A stretch of DNA of 17,380 nucleotides from Candidatus Eiseniibacteriota bacterium (GTDB taxonomy: Bacteria; Eisenbacteria; RBG-16-71-46; DASYSL01): the NCBI GenBank assembly GCA_046598045.1, contig JBKJJJ010000121.1:1-17380 (forward strand). Direction: 5' to 3'. Positions 14,812 to 17,380 of this stretch are shown here, piece by piece. The stretch's first letter is position 1. Every line of letters begins with the position of its first letter. The position numbers and the translations under genes were made by a program. The notes beneath the pieces are model-generated. The model did not search any database. It was given only the letters and a program-made list of their open reading frames with translations, and was not told the DNA's origin.

Positions 14812-15912
14812 ATGAACGCAACGATCCTTCGGCTCCTCCTGCGGAGCCGCAAGATGGCAGGAAAGAGGGACACGCTGGCCGCGCTGGCGGCGTGCGGGCT
14901 GCTGCTCGCGCTTTCCGCCGGGGTCGCCGGCGCGGGCTCGAGCGAACGCCAGGGCACGTCGGGGGCGAACGAACTACGGATCCCGGTGGGACCCCGCAGC
15001 ACCGCGCTCGGTGGCACGACGGTCGCGGATGCGAACGGCCCGGAGGCGCTGTTCTGGAACCCGGCGGGTCTCGCGACCGCCACGGGGACGGACGTGTACT
15101 TCAGCCACCTGAGCTACATCGCGGACATGAACGTGAACTACTTCGCGGTCGTGACGCACGCCGGCAACTTCGGCAACATCGGGTTCTCGGCGAAGATGCT
15201 CGACGTGGGAGATGTCATCGTCACCACCGAGGCCGCTCCCGAGGGCACGGGCGATGTGCTATCGCCGGTGTTCGCGACGCTCGGCCTGAGCTACGCGCGG
15301 CAGTTCACGGACCGCGTGCGCTTCGGCACCACGGTGCAGTTCGTGAACGAGACCGTTGCGCAGGCGCATGCGCGCGGCGTGGCGTTCGACTTCGGATTCC
15401 AGTACGACACGGGCCTCAGCGGGCCGACGTTCGGGTTCGTGATGAAGAACTTCGGCACGTCCATGTCGTTCTCCGGGTCGGACTTCGAGCTCAACGTGCC
15501 GATTCCGGACGCCGAACCGGGCTCCGCGAATCGCACCGTGGCCGCCTCGTCGTCGAGCTTCGAGATGCCGTCGTACTTCCAGCTCGGGGCGGCGTACGAC
15601 CTGCTGCAGCAGGGCCACGCCGACGCGAACAATCACCTCAAGGTGCTGGGTACGTTCTCGAGCAACAACTTCTCGCCCGACGAGGTGCGTGGGGGCGCCG
15701 AGTACATGTACAAGGACGTGTTCGCGCTGCGCGGCGGCTACGGCAAGCGCGTGAGCGACAGCAACACGGACGTGTACAACGGGTTCTCCTTCGGGGCGGG
15801 GCTCAACGTCAAGCTGGGGAACGCCTCGCACCTCCGGTTCGACTACGCGAACCGCATGGTGAAAAACTTCTTCAGCGACACCAACGAGTTCGCGGTGCGC
15901 CTCACGTTCTGA
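14812..15912 (+). CDS. PorV/PorQ-family (UPF0164, FadL-like) outer-membrane beta-barrel
   Basis: GGGAGG upstream and a signal peptide. Family motifs 'LRIPVGPRSTALGG....A.GPEALFWNPAGLA', 'GLSYARQFTDRVRFG', 'AFDFGFQY', 'GFVMKNFG', 'GGAEY......ALRGGY', 'FSFGAGL', 'RFDYA', with a terminal Phe. An alternative ATG (MAGKRD) lies at 14854. Confidence 0.9.
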   Translation: MNATILRLLLRSRKMAGKRDTLAALAACGLLLALSAGVAGAGSSERQGTSGANELRIPVGPRSTALGGTTVADANGPEALFWNPAGLATATGTDVYFSHLSYIADMNVNYFAVVTHAGNFGNIGFSAKMLDVGDVIVTTEAAPEGTGDVLSPVFATLGLSYARQFTDRVRFGTTVQFVNETVAQAHARGVAFDFGFQYDTGLSGPTFGFVMKNFGTSMSFSGSDFELNVPIPDAEPGSANRTVAASSSSFEMPSYFQLGAAYDLLQQGHADANNHLKVLGTFSSNNFSPDEVRGGAEYMYKDVFALRGGYGKRVSDSNTDVYNGFSFGAGLNVKLGNASHLRFDYANRMVKNFFSDTNEFAVRLTF

Positions 15913-15937
15913 GGCCGCTCGCGAGCGCGCAGCAAGA

Positions 15938-15967
15938 AGCCCCCGGAGGAGCGATCCTCCGGGGGCT
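15938..15967. terminator. Probably bidirectional terminator hairpin between convergent porV-like and gdh genes
   Basis: Perfect 13-bp stem AGCCCCCGGAGGA / TCCTCCGGGGGCT with GCGA loop. Pyrimidine-rich but imperfect U tails on both strands. Confidence 0.8.
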
Positions 15968-15992
15968 CTCGCTTGCCTGCCTGGGTGCTCCC

Positions 15993-17261
<1,269 letters not shown>

Positions 17262-17309
17262 GTCCTTCCTCCGGGATTGCGCGAACGTCGGGTGGGCTGG
17301 AGCGGGCGC

Positions 17310-17339
17310 AGTCTAGCAGGGGGGCGGCGGGGGCGGCAA
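17310..17339 (-). promoter_or_regulatory. Putative sigma70 promoter with extended -10 for gdh
   Basis: Minus strand TTGCCG (17339-17334), 18 bp spacer ending TGc, TAGACT (17315-17310), about 50 nt upstream of the ATG. Confidence 0.55.
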
Positions 17340-17380
17340 GAGCGCGCCCCGGACGGCGTAGGGGCCGCCCGGGGCGCGGG

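Overview
A very GC-rich, intact bacterial chromosomal region of nine genes, mostly encoding envelope or secreted proteins. I saw no mobile element, CRISPR array, tRNA or rRNA. The minus strand at left carries an M6 (immune inhibitor A-type) metalloprotease with a C-terminal T9SS/FlgD-like domain, coupled to a Cys-rich beta-helix protein ending in a 'TWGALKARYR' tail. Divergently transcribed on the plus strand are a GWxTD-domain protein and an SH3-NlpC/P60 peptidase, then a stand-alone outer-membrane beta-barrel. A tight three-gene operon follows: a TonB-dependent receptor, a ~1035-aa secreted protein with a type IX secretion (T9SS)-like C-terminal domain, and a PorV/PorQ-family barrel. A convergent glutamate dehydrogenase closes the window. 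Gene content suggests an FCB-superphylum organism outside Bacteroidota, e.g. Eisenbacteria/Krumholzibacteria/Latescibacteria-like (inference). The best candidate for an undescribed system is the SusD-less receptor + T9SS cargo + PorV module, preceded by a long leader that folds by eye into a four-way junction. Three different C-terminal sorting-type tails also occur within the window.
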